64,000 nucleotides of DNA from Clostridiales bacterium (lineage in GTDB: Bacteria; Bacillota; Clostridia; Lachnospirales; JAQSXR01): positions 8,272 through 72,271 of the forward strand of contig JAQSXR010000002.1 of assembly GCA_029256575.1 (NCBI GenBank), given 5' to 3'. The position numbers and the translations under genes were made by a program. Positions within the stretch are counted from its first letter, which is position 1. Every line of letters begins with the position of its first letter. Below are positions 49,287-59,050 of the stretch, in pieces. The notes beneath the pieces are model-generated. The model saw only the letters and a program-made list of their open reading frames with translations. It searched no databases and was not told the origin of the DNA.

Positions 49287-51716
49287 ATGAATAAAATATT
49301 AATTGTTGGTGGGGTTGCTGGTGGTGCATCTGCTGCTGCTCGACTTAGAAGATTAGATGAATTTGCAGAAATAATAATGTTTGAAAAAGGTGAATATATA
49401 TCATTTGCCAATTGTGGCCTACCTTATTATATAGGAGGGGATATTAAAGAAAAAAGTTCTTTAACCTTACAAACTCCAGAAAGCTTCCGTAGTCGATTTA
49501 ACGTTGATGTTCGTGTCAATAATCAAGTAATGTCAATTGACAAAGATGCAAAGCAAATAAAAGTATTAAATGTTAAAACTGGTGAAGAATATCTTGAAAG
49601 TTATGATAAATTAATTTTATCACCTGGTGCTGAGCCAGTTAGACCAAATCTTCCTGGAATAAATGAACCTGGCGTATTTACACTTAGAAATATTCCTGAT
49701 ACTTATAAAATAAAAGACTATATTACGAAGGAAGCTGTTAAAACTGCCGTTGTTGTTGGTGGTGGCTATATCGGTATGGAGATGGCTGAAAACTTACAGC
49801 ATGCAGGTTTAAAAGTAACCGTTGTTGAAGCTGCAAATCACGTAATCGCCCCTCTTGATTTTGATATGGCGTGTGATGTACACAATCATATTCGCCAAAA
49901 AGGTGTTAATCTTATACTAAATGAGGCTGTTAAATCGATTAGAAGTGTAAATAATCAGCTTGCAGTAGTTCTTGAAAATCAAGAAATATTATCAGATGTT
50001 GTTATTATGTCGGTGGGAGTTAGACCAGAAAGTAAACTTGCAAAGGATGCAGGTTTAAATATCAATCCAAAAGGTTCTATCATTGTAGACGAATTTATGC
50101 ATACTTCAGATGACAATATATATGCTGTTGGTGATGCGATAGAAGTTACCGATTATGTCGTTGGTGATAAAACATATATTCCATTAGCGGGTCCTGCAAA
50201 TAAACAAGGTCGTATTGCAGCAGATAACATCTGCGGTTTAAATCGTTCATACCGTGGTACTCAAGGTACTGGAATATTAAAGTGTTTTGATCTTACTGTT
50301 GGTACTACTGGTATAAATGAAACCAGAGCAAAAATGGCTGGATTAAACTATGAAAAATCATATACTTATTCTGCTTCCCATGCATCTTATTATCCAGGAG
50401 CAGTTAATATGTCAATTAAAATTATTTTTAATAAAGAAGATGGTCGATTATTAGGTGCACAAGTCGTTGGTTATGAAGGTACGGATAAACGTACGGATGT
50501 CTTAGCAACAGCAATCCGTGCAAATATGACTATCTATGATCTAGCAGAATTAGAATTATCTTACGCACCACCATTTTCATCAGCAAAGGATCCTGTTAAT
50601 ATGGCTGGCTTTACGGCGGAAAATATATTAACTGGTCAGACAAAGATTTTCCACTGGGACCAAGTTGATTCTCTTCCCCGTGACGGTAGTGTAACACTTA
50701 TCGATATTCGTACACCAATAGAATATCAAAACGGAACGATTGAAGGATTTATCAACATTCCAGTCGATAATCTTAGAGAAAATCTACACAAATTAGATAA
50801 ATCAAAACCAGTTTATGTTGTGTGTCAAATCGGTCTTCGTGGTCACGTAGCATGCAGAATACTATCTCAACATGGTTATGAATGCTACAATCTCTCTGGT
50901 GGATATCGTTTATATAATACCATTAATAGAAAAACTGCAATAAAGGAAACAATAAATGTTGATACACAACGTTTCGTTTCAGCAGCATCTGTACCCCAAA
51001 AAACAATCGAAGTGGATGCATGTGGATTACAGTGCCCAGGTCCTATAATGAAGTTATCTAAAGCAATGAATGAAGCACAAACAGATGATGTAATTCTAAT
51101 AAAGTCCACTGATCCTGCTTTTAATGGAGACGTTGAGGCTTGGTGTAAAAGAACTGGAAATACCTTATGCAGTGTTAAGTCTGAAAAAGGAATTTCTGAG
51201 ATTCTGGTTAAAAAAGGTGGAGAACAAGTTGATTCTTTTGAAGGAAGCAATGGGAAAAATATTATTGTTTTCTCTGGTGATCTAGATAAAGCTATCGCTT
51301 CCTTTATTATCGCAAATGCAGCCGCATCTATGGGCCGAAAAGTATCAATGTTCTTTACCTTCTGGGGACTAAATATTCTAAGAAGACCAGAAAAAGTGTC
51401 AGTTAAGAAAAACTTAATTAGCAAAATGTTTGGCTTTATGATGCCAAGAGGAAGTAAGAAATTAAAACTCTCAAAGATGAACATGGCCGGTATTGGAGCT
51501 AAGATGATCCGTGGTATCATGAAGAACAAAAACATTGACAGCCTTGAAAGTCTAATTCAGGCCTCAATGGAAAATGGTGTCGAGCTCGTAGCTTGTACAA
51601 TGAGTATGGACGTTATGGGAATTAAAATGGAAGAATTAATAGATGGTGTAAAACTTGGTGGTGCAGCTGCAATGATTGCTCACGCTGAAGAATCCGATAT
51701 GTCGTTGTTTATATAG
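49287..51716 (+). CDS. CoA-disulfide/persulfide reductase fused to rhodanese, TusA/SirA-like and DsrE-like domains
   Basis: FAD motif GGVAGGASAA, redox Cys SFANCGLPY and a second Rossmann motif VVGGGYIGMEMA. Rhodanese loop VVCQIGLRG, TusA motif CGLQCPGP, and a DsrE/DsrF-like C-terminal ~160 aa. Confidence 0.8.
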   Translation: MNKILIVGGVAGGASAAARLRRLDEFAEIIMFEKGEYISFANCGLPYYIGGDIKEKSSLTLQTPESFRSRFNVDVRVNNQVMSIDKDAKQIKVLNVKTGEEYLESYDKLILSPGAEPVRPNLPGINEPGVFTLRNIPDTYKIKDYITKEAVKTAVVVGGGYIGMEMAENLQHAGLKVTVVEAANHVIAPLDFDMACDVHNHIRQKGVNLILNEAVKSIRSVNNQLAVVLENQEILSDVVIMSVGVRPESKLAKDAGLNINPKGSIIVDEFMHTSDDNIYAVGDAIEVTDYVVGDKTYIPLAGPANKQGRIAADNICGLNRSYRGTQGTGILKCFDLTVGTTGINETRAKMAGLNYEKSYTYSASHASYYPGAVNMSIKIIFNKEDGRLLGAQVVGYEGTDKRTDVLATAIRANMTIYDLAELELSYAPPFSSAKDPVNMAGFTAENILTGQTKIFHWDQVDSLPRDGSVTLIDIRTPIEYQNGTIEGFINIPVDNLRENLHKLDKSKPVYVVCQIGLRGHVACRILSQHGYECYNLSGGYRLYNTINRKTAIKETINVDTQRFVSAASVPQKTIEVDACGLQCPGPIMKLSKAMNEAQTDDVILIKSTDPAFNGDVEAWCKRTGNTLCSVKSEKGISEILVKKGGEQVDSFEGSNGKNIIVFSGDLDKAIASFIIANAAASMGRKVSMFFTFWGLNILRRPEKVSVKKNLISKMFGFMMPRGSKKLKLSKMNMAGIGAKMIRGIMKNKNIDSLESLIQASMENGVELVACTMSMDVMGIKMEELIDGVKLGGAAAMIAHAEESDMSLFI

Positions 51717-51730
51717 TAAAATAATAAATC

Positions 51731-51776
51731 AAAAAACCCGATTGATTCCCCTAATGGGATATCAATCGGGTTTTTA
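51731..51776 (+). terminator. Rho-independent terminator
   Basis: Stem AAAAACCCGATTGAT ... ATCAATCGGGTTTTT. Confidence 0.85.
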
Positions 51777-51819
51777 TTTTTTCATTCATTAAAATATCGG
51801 TACTTAAATTAATAATTTA

Positions 51820-52962
51820 TTAAGATAATAATTCCTTAATATCTATCAAACCCCAACCTTGTTTTTCTTTTACAAAACCTACATCTATAGAACTATCCTT
51901 TAGCTTTATCTTAACATCTTTATTCGTTAAGTCCGGATATTTTTCAAGTAGCAAAGCGACCGCCCCGCTAACGATGGGTGTGGACATTGATGTTCCACTT
52001 TTAATTGTATAAGTATCTCTCATTGGATTTCTTCTTTTACCATAGAATTTTGCATCCGTCATACAAGACACTACATTAGATCCAGGAGCGATTACGTCTG
52101 GTTTTTGAATCAAATTAATAGTGGGACCTCTACCAGAATAATTCACTTTTTTATTCCCTCTAATGTTTACTTGACGATCATCATCCGACGCCCCAACTGT
52201 AATTATTCTTCTGCTAATACCAGGTGTCGTAACACTCATTCTTGCTGGTCCATTATTACCAGCTGCCACTACTACCACAAGTCCACTATTCCAAGTTGCA
52301 TCTACACCTTTTACTAGAGCAGATTCTTCTCCCTCTTTATTCTCATCAACTCTACCAACCGATATATTCACAACACGAATATTATATTTTTCTTTATTAT
52401 TTATCACCCATTGCAATCCAGCTAATAAATCAGAAATATTTCCATTACCCGAATGATCCAGTACCTTTACTCCAATTATATTGCAATTAGGAGCTATCCC
52501 ACAATACTTTCCCCCGGATGCACTACCGTCCCCCCCAAATATTCCTGCAACATGCGTTCCATGACCATTGTCATCGTAGGGAATATCTTTATCGTTTACA
52601 AAATCTTTAAATGCTACTATTCTATCCCTACGATAGATAAAATCCTTATGAGGATATACTCCTGTATCCAACACTGCGATTCCTATATTTTTTCCTGTAA
52701 TTCCATTTTGGTGAGCCCAACTTGCATTTACTGTATTTCTAGCACTATTCATCTGCGCTGCTATATGCGTATCTATTTCAACTTTTTCTATACCCTCAAG
52801 CAGCTTTATATTTTTGACACTATTTTCTGGCACTTCAATAACCCATGAGTTAATCATCGGCAATTCATACTTAACCTTGCCTATTCTTCGTAAAGTTTTT
52901 TCTTCTCTTCTAAAAACAGAGCAACTTACTATGATCTGAACAAACTTTTCCTCAGCTGCCAT
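51820..52962 (-). CDS. S8-family subtilisin-like serine peptidase (no obvious signal peptide)
   Basis: Catalytic triad contexts VLDTG (Asp), HGTHVAG (His) and GTSMSTP (Ser). Confidence 0.85.
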   Translation of the reverse strand: MAAEEKFVQIIVSCSVFRREEKTLRRIGKVKYELPMINSWVIEVPENSVKNIKLLEGIEKVEIDTHIAAQMNSARNTVNASWAHQNGITGKNIGIAVLDTGVYPHKDFIYRRDRIVAFKDFVNDKDIPYDDNGHGTHVAGIFGGDGSASGGKYCGIAPNCNIIGVKVLDHSGNGNISDLLAGLQWVINNKEKYNIRVVNISVGRVDENKEGEESALVKGVDATWNSGLVVVVAAGNNGPARMSVTTPGISRRIITVGASDDDRQVNIRGNKKVNYSGRGPTINLIQKPDVIAPGSNVVSCMTDAKFYGKRRNPMRDTYTIKSGTSMSTPIVSGAVALLLEKYPDLTNKDVKIKLKDSSIDVGFVKEKQGWGLIDIKELLS

Positions 52963-53078
52963 TTCCTGCTCCTATGTTGTTTTGTATAATTATATTATAG
53001 GAGAAAAGCTGTATAGAACTAGAACTAGAAAAAGCATAATTATTTGGTTTACATAAATTATCCTACAATGCCAAGTGC

Positions 53079-53900
53079 TTATTTCATGAAAACCCTTATA
53101 TAATCCAAACTTCGATTTAATTTTTCCACTTGTACACCTAAATCAGTTAGTGCTGTAGCTTCCATGGTTATGGCAGCATTATAGTTTTTTAACTTTAAAT
53201 ATTCAAAAAACTTCTCAAAGTTTATCCAACCTTCGCCAATTTGTAATCCCCTAAATTGACTCCAATCCATATGCCCTCCAGCATAATCATTAATATGTAT
53301 ATGTCTGATATGTCCGTCATTCCACAACCACTGATTTTCTTGCTCATACACAGAATCTAATTGACTATGGAATGCTGCAAATTTGGTATCGAAGGTAAAC
53401 GCAATTTGTGGGTATTTCTCAACTAAGCTCTTCATATGTAATAATGGGTTCTGTTGATTACAGGCTACATTTTCTACCGTTAGAAGTAATCCATATATTT
53501 GTGCAATCTCTTGTAATTGCCCAAATTTATCTATATTATACTTAATATTTATGTCCGAGGCCATGCCACCCCATAAATGCAAAACTAATTTCTGAGAGTT
53601 TAACTGTGATGCATATTCACAATTTCTTTTAAATAGTTCAAATGCATTCTTCGTATAAAGTGCTTCCTTCTGACTAATATATTCACCAATATTTTTATCT
53701 AGATGAAAGACTGGAAAGTTTAAGCCTGAATTTCTCAAGTCTTTAAGGATTACATCTATATTTTCATAGAGAGCTTCATAAAGTAAAAATTCAAAGCCAT
53801 CACAATGCAGCTTTTGGGCTAAATCTGGTAATAATTTGTGATTTCTACCATTTTTACTTCCAATAAGTGCACCCGTTGAGCATAATATTTGACTTTTCAT
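53079..53900 (-). CDS. Sugar phosphate isomerase/epimerase (xylose isomerase-like TIM barrel)
   Basis: 273 aa. The alternating beta/alpha pattern and the H..D/E metal-ligand pattern fit the AP_endonuc_2 fold. The assignment is tentative. Confidence 0.5.
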   Translation of the reverse strand: MKSQILCSTGALIGSKNGRNHKLLPDLAQKLHCDGFEFLLYEALYENIDVILKDLRNSGLNFPVFHLDKNIGEYISQKEALYTKNAFELFKRNCEYASQLNSQKLVLHLWGGMASDINIKYNIDKFGQLQEIAQIYGLLLTVENVACNQQNPLLHMKSLVEKYPQIAFTFDTKFAAFHSQLDSVYEQENQWLWNDGHIRHIHINDYAGGHMDWSQFRGLQIGEGWINFEKFFEYLKLKNYNAAITMEATALTDLGVQVEKLNRSLDYIRVFMK

Positions 53901-53914
53901 TAAAATACCTCATT

Positions 53915-54553
53915 CTATACTTTCTTCCTAAATAAGTCTTTTCTTCTCAATCCATTGGCTTTTATAGCTTTCCTCCAACCAAATTCAGCAGCTAATTTAT
54001 AAGCAAATCGAGGAAAATTTGCAGTTATAAATAGAGTCTCCCCCTCTGATGAATTTACTATATTATCAGAAATTATCTTTAACGCAGTACCTAGATTTTT
54101 CTTAGGTCCATGACCAGCAGGAACATTACCTAGACCAGGTATCATGCCCCCTGCACCTATGCCAATACCTTGCCCCCATTTCAAACCAGACTTTTTAGTC
54201 CAGTGTTTCATCATGTCTATTGCTAGAGCATTATGTTTACCTTCATAGAATCCACAGTTCACTAGTGTATACACAACAATTTCTTTTTTCCCTATTTTAT
54301 CTATATATTCTTGGAATCTTACTAGACAATGTAATAAGTGTGATGGAATACCATCCACATATAATGGAAATGCAAATACGATTGCCTCACAATCCAATAT
54401 AGATTCCATCTGTTCTTCTTTAATCTCTGGACTCTTAAAATGCTCTTGTATAATAATGGGCTCATCACCTAAAAATTTTTTTAATTCTTGTAAAATAGCA
54501 TTTGAAGCACTATCTTTAACTTTAGGACTGCCATTTATAAGTGCAATTTTCAT
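53915..54553 (-). CDS. Flavodoxin-like fold NAD(P)H-dependent FMN reductase family protein
   Basis: 212 aa with N-terminus MKIALINGSPK and an overall FMN_red-like pattern. Confidence 0.5.
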   Translation of the reverse strand: MKIALINGSPKVKDSASNAILQELKKFLGDEPIIIQEHFKSPEIKEEQMESILDCEAIVFAFPLYVDGIPSHLLHCLVRFQEYIDKIGKKEIVVYTLVNCGFYEGKHNALAIDMMKHWTKKSGLKWGQGIGIGAGGMIPGLGNVPAGHGPKKNLGTALKIISDNIVNSSEGETLFITANFPRFAYKLAAEFGWRKAIKANGLRRKDLFRKKV

Positions 54554-55065
54554 AATATTTCACCCTCCATTTCTTGGATGCTATTATAAAAAGATACTTC
54601 ATGCTTGATACAATTCATATTAATGCTGTTGGCCATAACCAACTTTTTAGCAGTATCCATCTCTTCTTCTATAATATTGTCGCCATAGAAACATACCTTC
54701 AATTTGTAGCGTTTATTATAGCGATTTTTATGATGCATTTCCCCATTTCTGTATGTGAAATAAGGAAGAACAAAAGAAATACTCCTGTCCATTACATTTT
54801 TTACAAACGGGGAGAATCCCCCATAGCAACAATTACTAATAATTATTACTTCATCACATTTCGAATATAATTCTCCCATATCCCCATATTTATCTCTTAT
54901 AACACAAGCTGCCGGAGTCTTTACCCAACATCCAAAACAACCAATACAATTATGTATTTCGTTATTATTCGATATTACCGTAATATCCTTGCCAATGACA
55001 TTAAACTTTAAATTGAAATCATTCTCATTTAAATCATGTATTAATATCTTCATGTTATCCCCCAT
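54550..55065 (-). CDS. Flavodoxin-like protein with a Cys cluster (iron-sulfur flavoprotein-like)
   Basis: 171 aa with the CIGCFGCWVKTPAACV motif. Its stop overlaps the downstream flavodoxin-like gene start by 4 nt. The true start may be the ATG 12 nt further in. Confidence 0.4.
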   Translation of the reverse strand: MGDNMKILIHDLNENDFNLKFNVIGKDITVISNNNEIHNCIGCFGCWVKTPAACVIRDKYGDMGELYSKCDEVIIISNCCYGGFSPFVKNVMDRSISFVLPYFTYRNGEMHHKNRYNKRYKLKVCFYGDNIIEEEMDTAKKLVMANSINMNCIKHEVSFYNSIQEMEGEIL

Positions 55066-55093
55066 TAGATTCTCAATATTTACAGATTATTTC

Positions 55094-55774
55094 TTACAGA
55101 TAATTTTCTTCAAAATTAACAAGTGATACTGATTGAACCTTATCAATATCATTAATCGTCTTAACAAAGTCAGTATTATTATTCCTTACTTTAACTTTTA
55201 ATGTTAATTCGATTTGATCCTTTGTCAATGTCTTAGACTTAATTACATATGTAATACCTTGTAATGCATTATTAACTGCTTCCTCACAACTATTATGATA
55301 ATAAGCTATAAGCATGTAGGATTTCTTACTTGTTTTAAAAATAGATAATATTACTATAACACATCCAATGAATAATGAACCCGCTACTGCTACATAGAAC
55401 AAACCTGCACCTGCTGTAATTCCTACAACGAGTGACCAAAACATGTAGACAATATCCATTGGTTCTTTAATTGCTGTTCGAAACCTTACAATACTGAGCG
55501 CACCTACCATACCTAATGATAATACTACGTTCGAACTAATCGTCATAATTACTAATGCTGTTACTAAGCTTATTGCCAATATCGCCATATTATACGCATG
55601 ACTATATATAACACCTTGATAAGTTAACCTGTAAATTAAAAATATAAACAAACCAATAATGAGTGTTATCCCCAATACAGTCAAAACATAAACTATATCA
55701 AGTTGAGATGCTTGCTGTTTCCCCATAAATCCTTCTTCTAAAATATCTTTGAACTTCACCGCTGCATTATTCAT
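55094..55774 (-). CDS. DUF4956-family membrane protein
   Basis: 226 aa with about 4 TM segments, the motif GMVGALSIVRFRTAIKEP, and a soluble C-terminal domain. Confidence 0.6.
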   Translation of the reverse strand: MNNAAVKFKDILEEGFMGKQQASQLDIVYVLTVLGITLIIGLFIFLIYRLTYQGVIYSHAYNMAILAISLVTALVIMTISSNVVLSLGMVGALSIVRFRTAIKEPMDIVYMFWSLVVGITAGAGLFYVAVAGSLFIGCVIVILSIFKTSKKSYMLIAYYHNSCEEAVNNALQGITYVIKSKTLTKDQIELTLKVKVRNNNTDFVKTINDIDKVQSVSLVNFEENYL

Positions 55775-56483
55775 GAAGCAATCCTCCTAGTGTTTTATTT
55801 TTTTCTAAACATAAAATATATTTTGAAATAGCCGTTCTATCTAAAGAACCAACTTGCAAAACATCCTTAACAATACTGGGTAGAAACCCAGAAAATTTAA
55901 CTTCTAAAATCATCATGTTCCGTTGTAGAACTGGTCTTGTCATAAGCTCTGAGTTGAATATGTCACTTCTAGGGCCAGCAAATCTTAAGTCTTTATCAAA
56001 GGTGATTCGTACATCTCCTTGCTCCATTATAAATGCTTCTCGATTATAATCTACAACAATAGCAGGCTTAAGTCCATAATTCTTCATCTTGAATAACCAC
56101 TCACTCATTAAATCGTTACCTTTTACTTCTAGGTCGTTGGTTTGATTTAGAATAAGTTTATTATAAGTATCTTTCGTTATCGAATGTACATCCTTATATA
56201 CAAATTGTTCTTGTTTCGTCTTTTTTTCCATTTTAATTTGTTGATCGCTATAATTATATATTCGAATTCTGTATTTACTTCGATTTGATACACCACAATA
56301 TTTTTCAGCTTCTGCACTATGATATACATCATCAAAATAAAGACTTCTGATATTATATTCTCGATTCGCTACCAAATCCTGTTTAAACATATGTTTTAAT
56401 CTTTCACTTAGAATTATGTATTGCTCATAATTGATATAATACTTCAGTTCAAAACGGAATTTATGTTCTTTTGTATTATTCAT
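55767..56483 (-). CDS. VTC-domain protein (polyphosphate polymerase-like triphosphate tunnel fold)
   Basis: About 238 aa with N-terminal RFELKY (TTM-type ExK strand). Start at MNNTKEHKF follows GAGGAGG. Both ends overlap neighbouring genes by 8 nt. Confidence 0.65.
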   Translation of the reverse strand: MNNTKEHKFRFELKYYINYEQYIILSERLKHMFKQDLVANREYNIRSLYFDDVYHSAEAEKYCGVSNRSKYRIRIYNYSDQQIKMEKKTKQEQFVYKDVHSITKDTYNKLILNQTNDLEVKGNDLMSEWLFKMKNYGLKPAIVVDYNREAFIMEQGDVRITFDKDLRFAGPRSDIFNSELMTRPVLQRNMMILEVKFSGFLPSIVKDVLQVGSLDRTAISKYILCLEKNKTLGGLLHE

Positions 56484-57927
56484 TCGAATTTGCCTCCTCA
56501 AGTTGAGATGTAACACTAGCTATTTTCTTTTTAAAATACTGATTTTCAGTACTAAGTTTCATCTTTAATGAGGTATTAAAATAATTTGAAGTATGCTCCC
56601 CATAAACACGGTTTAATCGATTGAAGGTTTCTTCAAATTTAGAGTAAGTAAAATAATTATTTGATGAATCAACAAGTATTTCTAAATAATCCTCATATTT
56701 CTCCCTATATGCGTCTATTTCCAGTATCTTATCAACCAAAGGTTTACGAACTTTACCTTTTGATAATACAGAATCAATACTTATATATTTATAAATATCT
56801 GCATTAAGTAGTCCAACATAGTTTGTCGCAGGTTCCCCACCCCAACCAGCTCCAAAGCTGTTATCATAATCATATGGCAATAATGCTATTTTGCCATCAT
56901 TATTAAAATACAAGTAGTAGTTATTCCCCATAGCACGATAATCATCCGGTCCTCCTACCAAAATTCCCATTGCTAAGTAACGAAGGAACATATCCACATC
57001 AAAGTTCTCCTCAATATAATCCTTAAACAAATCTCCTTCAAGTAAATTAATATTATCGATAAAATCATATAAAACTTGGTGATCAGCCTTATTTTTATTT
57101 GTTTTAAGGTCATAGGCAGGTCGGTAATTATATTTCCAATTTTTTATACCAACAGCACTCTTATCCCTTATTCGCTCTAATGAAGCAGGTCCATAATTTT
57201 GCCATAAACATTTATATAAATTACCTTCATCTCTGTCTTTACCATAACGTTTTTTTAGAAATTTTTTATCAATCGGTTCAATAATCGTATAAACTCCATA
57301 ATCATATTCTTTACCATCAATAACTACTATAACTGTTGCTAATGATGCTTTGACCGTGTTAACCCCTGCACTATTAAATAAGTCATAAGCAAATATTTCA
57401 TGGATTAACGATTGATCGGATCCGTTATTAAATTTAAAATTAAGTTCTGATAAGTCTGCAAACTCTCTATTATTCAAGTTTATATATGTGTCGGTTCCCT
57501 CTATTTCACTAAAAGTTTCATCAAATTTAAGCTTGAAATTAAATCGGTTTATTTTCCCATTTGTTTCTGGAACAACACGTGTCGTATTCCCCTTTGTATG
57601 AATTCCTACATCTTTAATAACACTCTCACCATAATTGTCAGTATAATAAATATCAGCTTTTCTATAAGTTCCAACTCTCATACTTTGATCAATTCTGAAA
57701 TAATCCTCCATATCCTGTGACATGCCATCCCATTCTTCTTGGCTTATTACAATCTTAAATTCTCGAAAATTGTTATGATCAAATAAATGCTCAAATTCAG
57801 ACGTGCATTTAACATTTGTAGAATACACTTCTAAAAGATTTGGCTGATATGACTTACTTAATACAGTAATATAGGCCAATATCCCTACTGTTACGAGAAA
57901 AACAAGTGATAATACTAATTTGCGCAT
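56476..57927 (-). CDS. CotH kinase-family protein with N-terminal membrane anchor
   Basis: 483 aa with the hydrophobic N-terminus MRKLVLSLVFLVTVGILAYITVL. The overall pattern fits the CotH family. Confidence 0.7.
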   Translation of the reverse strand: MRKLVLSLVFLVTVGILAYITVLSKSYQPNLLEVYSTNVKCTSEFEHLFDHNNFREFKIVISQEEWDGMSQDMEDYFRIDQSMRVGTYRKADIYYTDNYGESVIKDVGIHTKGNTTRVVPETNGKINRFNFKLKFDETFSEIEGTDTYINLNNREFADLSELNFKFNNGSDQSLIHEIFAYDLFNSAGVNTVKASLATVIVVIDGKEYDYGVYTIIEPIDKKFLKKRYGKDRDEGNLYKCLWQNYGPASLERIRDKSAVGIKNWKYNYRPAYDLKTNKNKADHQVLYDFIDNINLLEGDLFKDYIEENFDVDMFLRYLAMGILVGGPDDYRAMGNNYYLYFNNDGKIALLPYDYDNSFGAGWGGEPATNYVGLLNADIYKYISIDSVLSKGKVRKPLVDKILEIDAYREKYEDYLEILVDSSNNYFTYSKFEETFNRLNRVYGEHTSNYFNTSLKMKLSTENQYFKKKIASVTSQLEEANSNE

Positions 57928-58127
57928 ATTGTTGCACCTTTCCTTCGTATTTTTTAATTCTAAATCATCAACGATACATTTTTATTTATATAATTAATCA
58001 TGTACATTTTCATTTTTTCCCATATCTAAAACCATATCTATTATACACAAATTCAGACTATAATACTAACAAAATTTTATCTATTTTTACAATAAATTTG
58101 CAAAACCTTTAGTTAGGCAAATAAAAT

Positions 58128-58160
58128 AAGCTGTTCATAATTTATAATATGAAACAGCTT
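58128..58160 (-). terminator. Terminator downstream of the sugar ABC operon
   Basis: Stem AAGCTGTT / AAACAGCTT, with a T-rich tract on the minus strand. Confidence 0.65.
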
Positions 58161-58203
58161 GTTTTTATTTCGATATTTTCTTTTCTACTATCTTTCTTTT
58201 TAA

Positions 58204-59037
58204 TTATTTTTCTCCGTCCATTCTAACTCCAACTAAGAAATATTTATTAAAAATCAAATAAATAATTACAATAGGTATTACGGTTATTGTAGCAGCTGCC
58301 ATTACTTGGTGCCACATTGTTCCTGCATCTTTTGAGGAAAAGGTTTGAAGACCTAAAGTTAATGTATATTTTGTTTCCGTTTTCATATACAACATTGGTT
58401 TTGTGAATTCATTCCAGAATCCCATAAATATAAACACTGCTTGCGTTGAAATAATAGGTTTTGCAAGTGGCATGCATATTCTAAAAAATCTACCATATCG
58501 TCCTAACCCGTCAATACTCGCTGCTTCTTCTACATCTCTTGGAAAATTAACGAAGAACTGCCTCATCATAATAATACTACCAATATTAGCTGCCGCTGGA
58601 ATAATTAAAGCTGAATATTTGTCTAACATACCTAATTGTTGAATAATTAAGTAGTTTGGAATCATCAATACTTGGCCAGGTATCATAATTAGAGCCATCA
58701 AAAGGAAGAATATTTTGTTTTTCCCTGGGAAATCTAGCCTTGATAATGAGTAACCTGCCATAGTGTTTACAAAGATATTAATTACAGTACCAACAGTTGC
58801 TATCATAAAAGAGTTAATAAACCATTTTGGAAACAGTGATGAACGCCCAAAAATATATATATAATTATCAAATGACATATTGTCGCTATAGAGCGACATA
58901 TTACCATTAACAATTTCTTTCAATGGTTTGAAGGAAGCGGATATCATCCAAAGAAATGGGTACAGTGTTGCTAATGCTACAAATATTAGTACAATATATA
59001 AAAGACTTTTTCCTATATTGATCTCTTTCTTTTTCAT
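58204..59037 (-). CDS. Carbohydrate ABC transporter permease (MalG-like)
   Basis: 277 aa with 6 TM segments and an EAA loop (EEAASIDGLGRYGRFFRI). Confidence 0.85.
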   Translation of the reverse strand: MKKKEINIGKSLLYIVLIFVALATLYPFLWMISASFKPLKEIVNGNMSLYSDNMSFDNYIYIFGRSSLFPKWFINSFMIATVGTVINIFVNTMAGYSLSRLDFPGKNKIFFLLMALIMIPGQVLMIPNYLIIQQLGMLDKYSALIIPAAANIGSIIMMRQFFVNFPRDVEEAASIDGLGRYGRFFRICMPLAKPIISTQAVFIFMGFWNEFTKPMLYMKTETKYTLTLGLQTFSSKDAGTMWHQVMAAATITVIPIVIIYLIFNKYFLVGVRMDGEK

Positions 59038-59050
59038 AATTTTATACCCC

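Noticed and set aside
50885-51535. 216-aa ORF antisense to the CoADR fusion gene
   Set aside because: It lies wholly inside a well-supported gene on the opposite strand, has no RBS, and its composition is low-complexity. The same reasoning applies to 12494-12880, 21374-21781, 23054-23362, 52453-52848, 14269-14571 and the other short antisense ORFs in the track.
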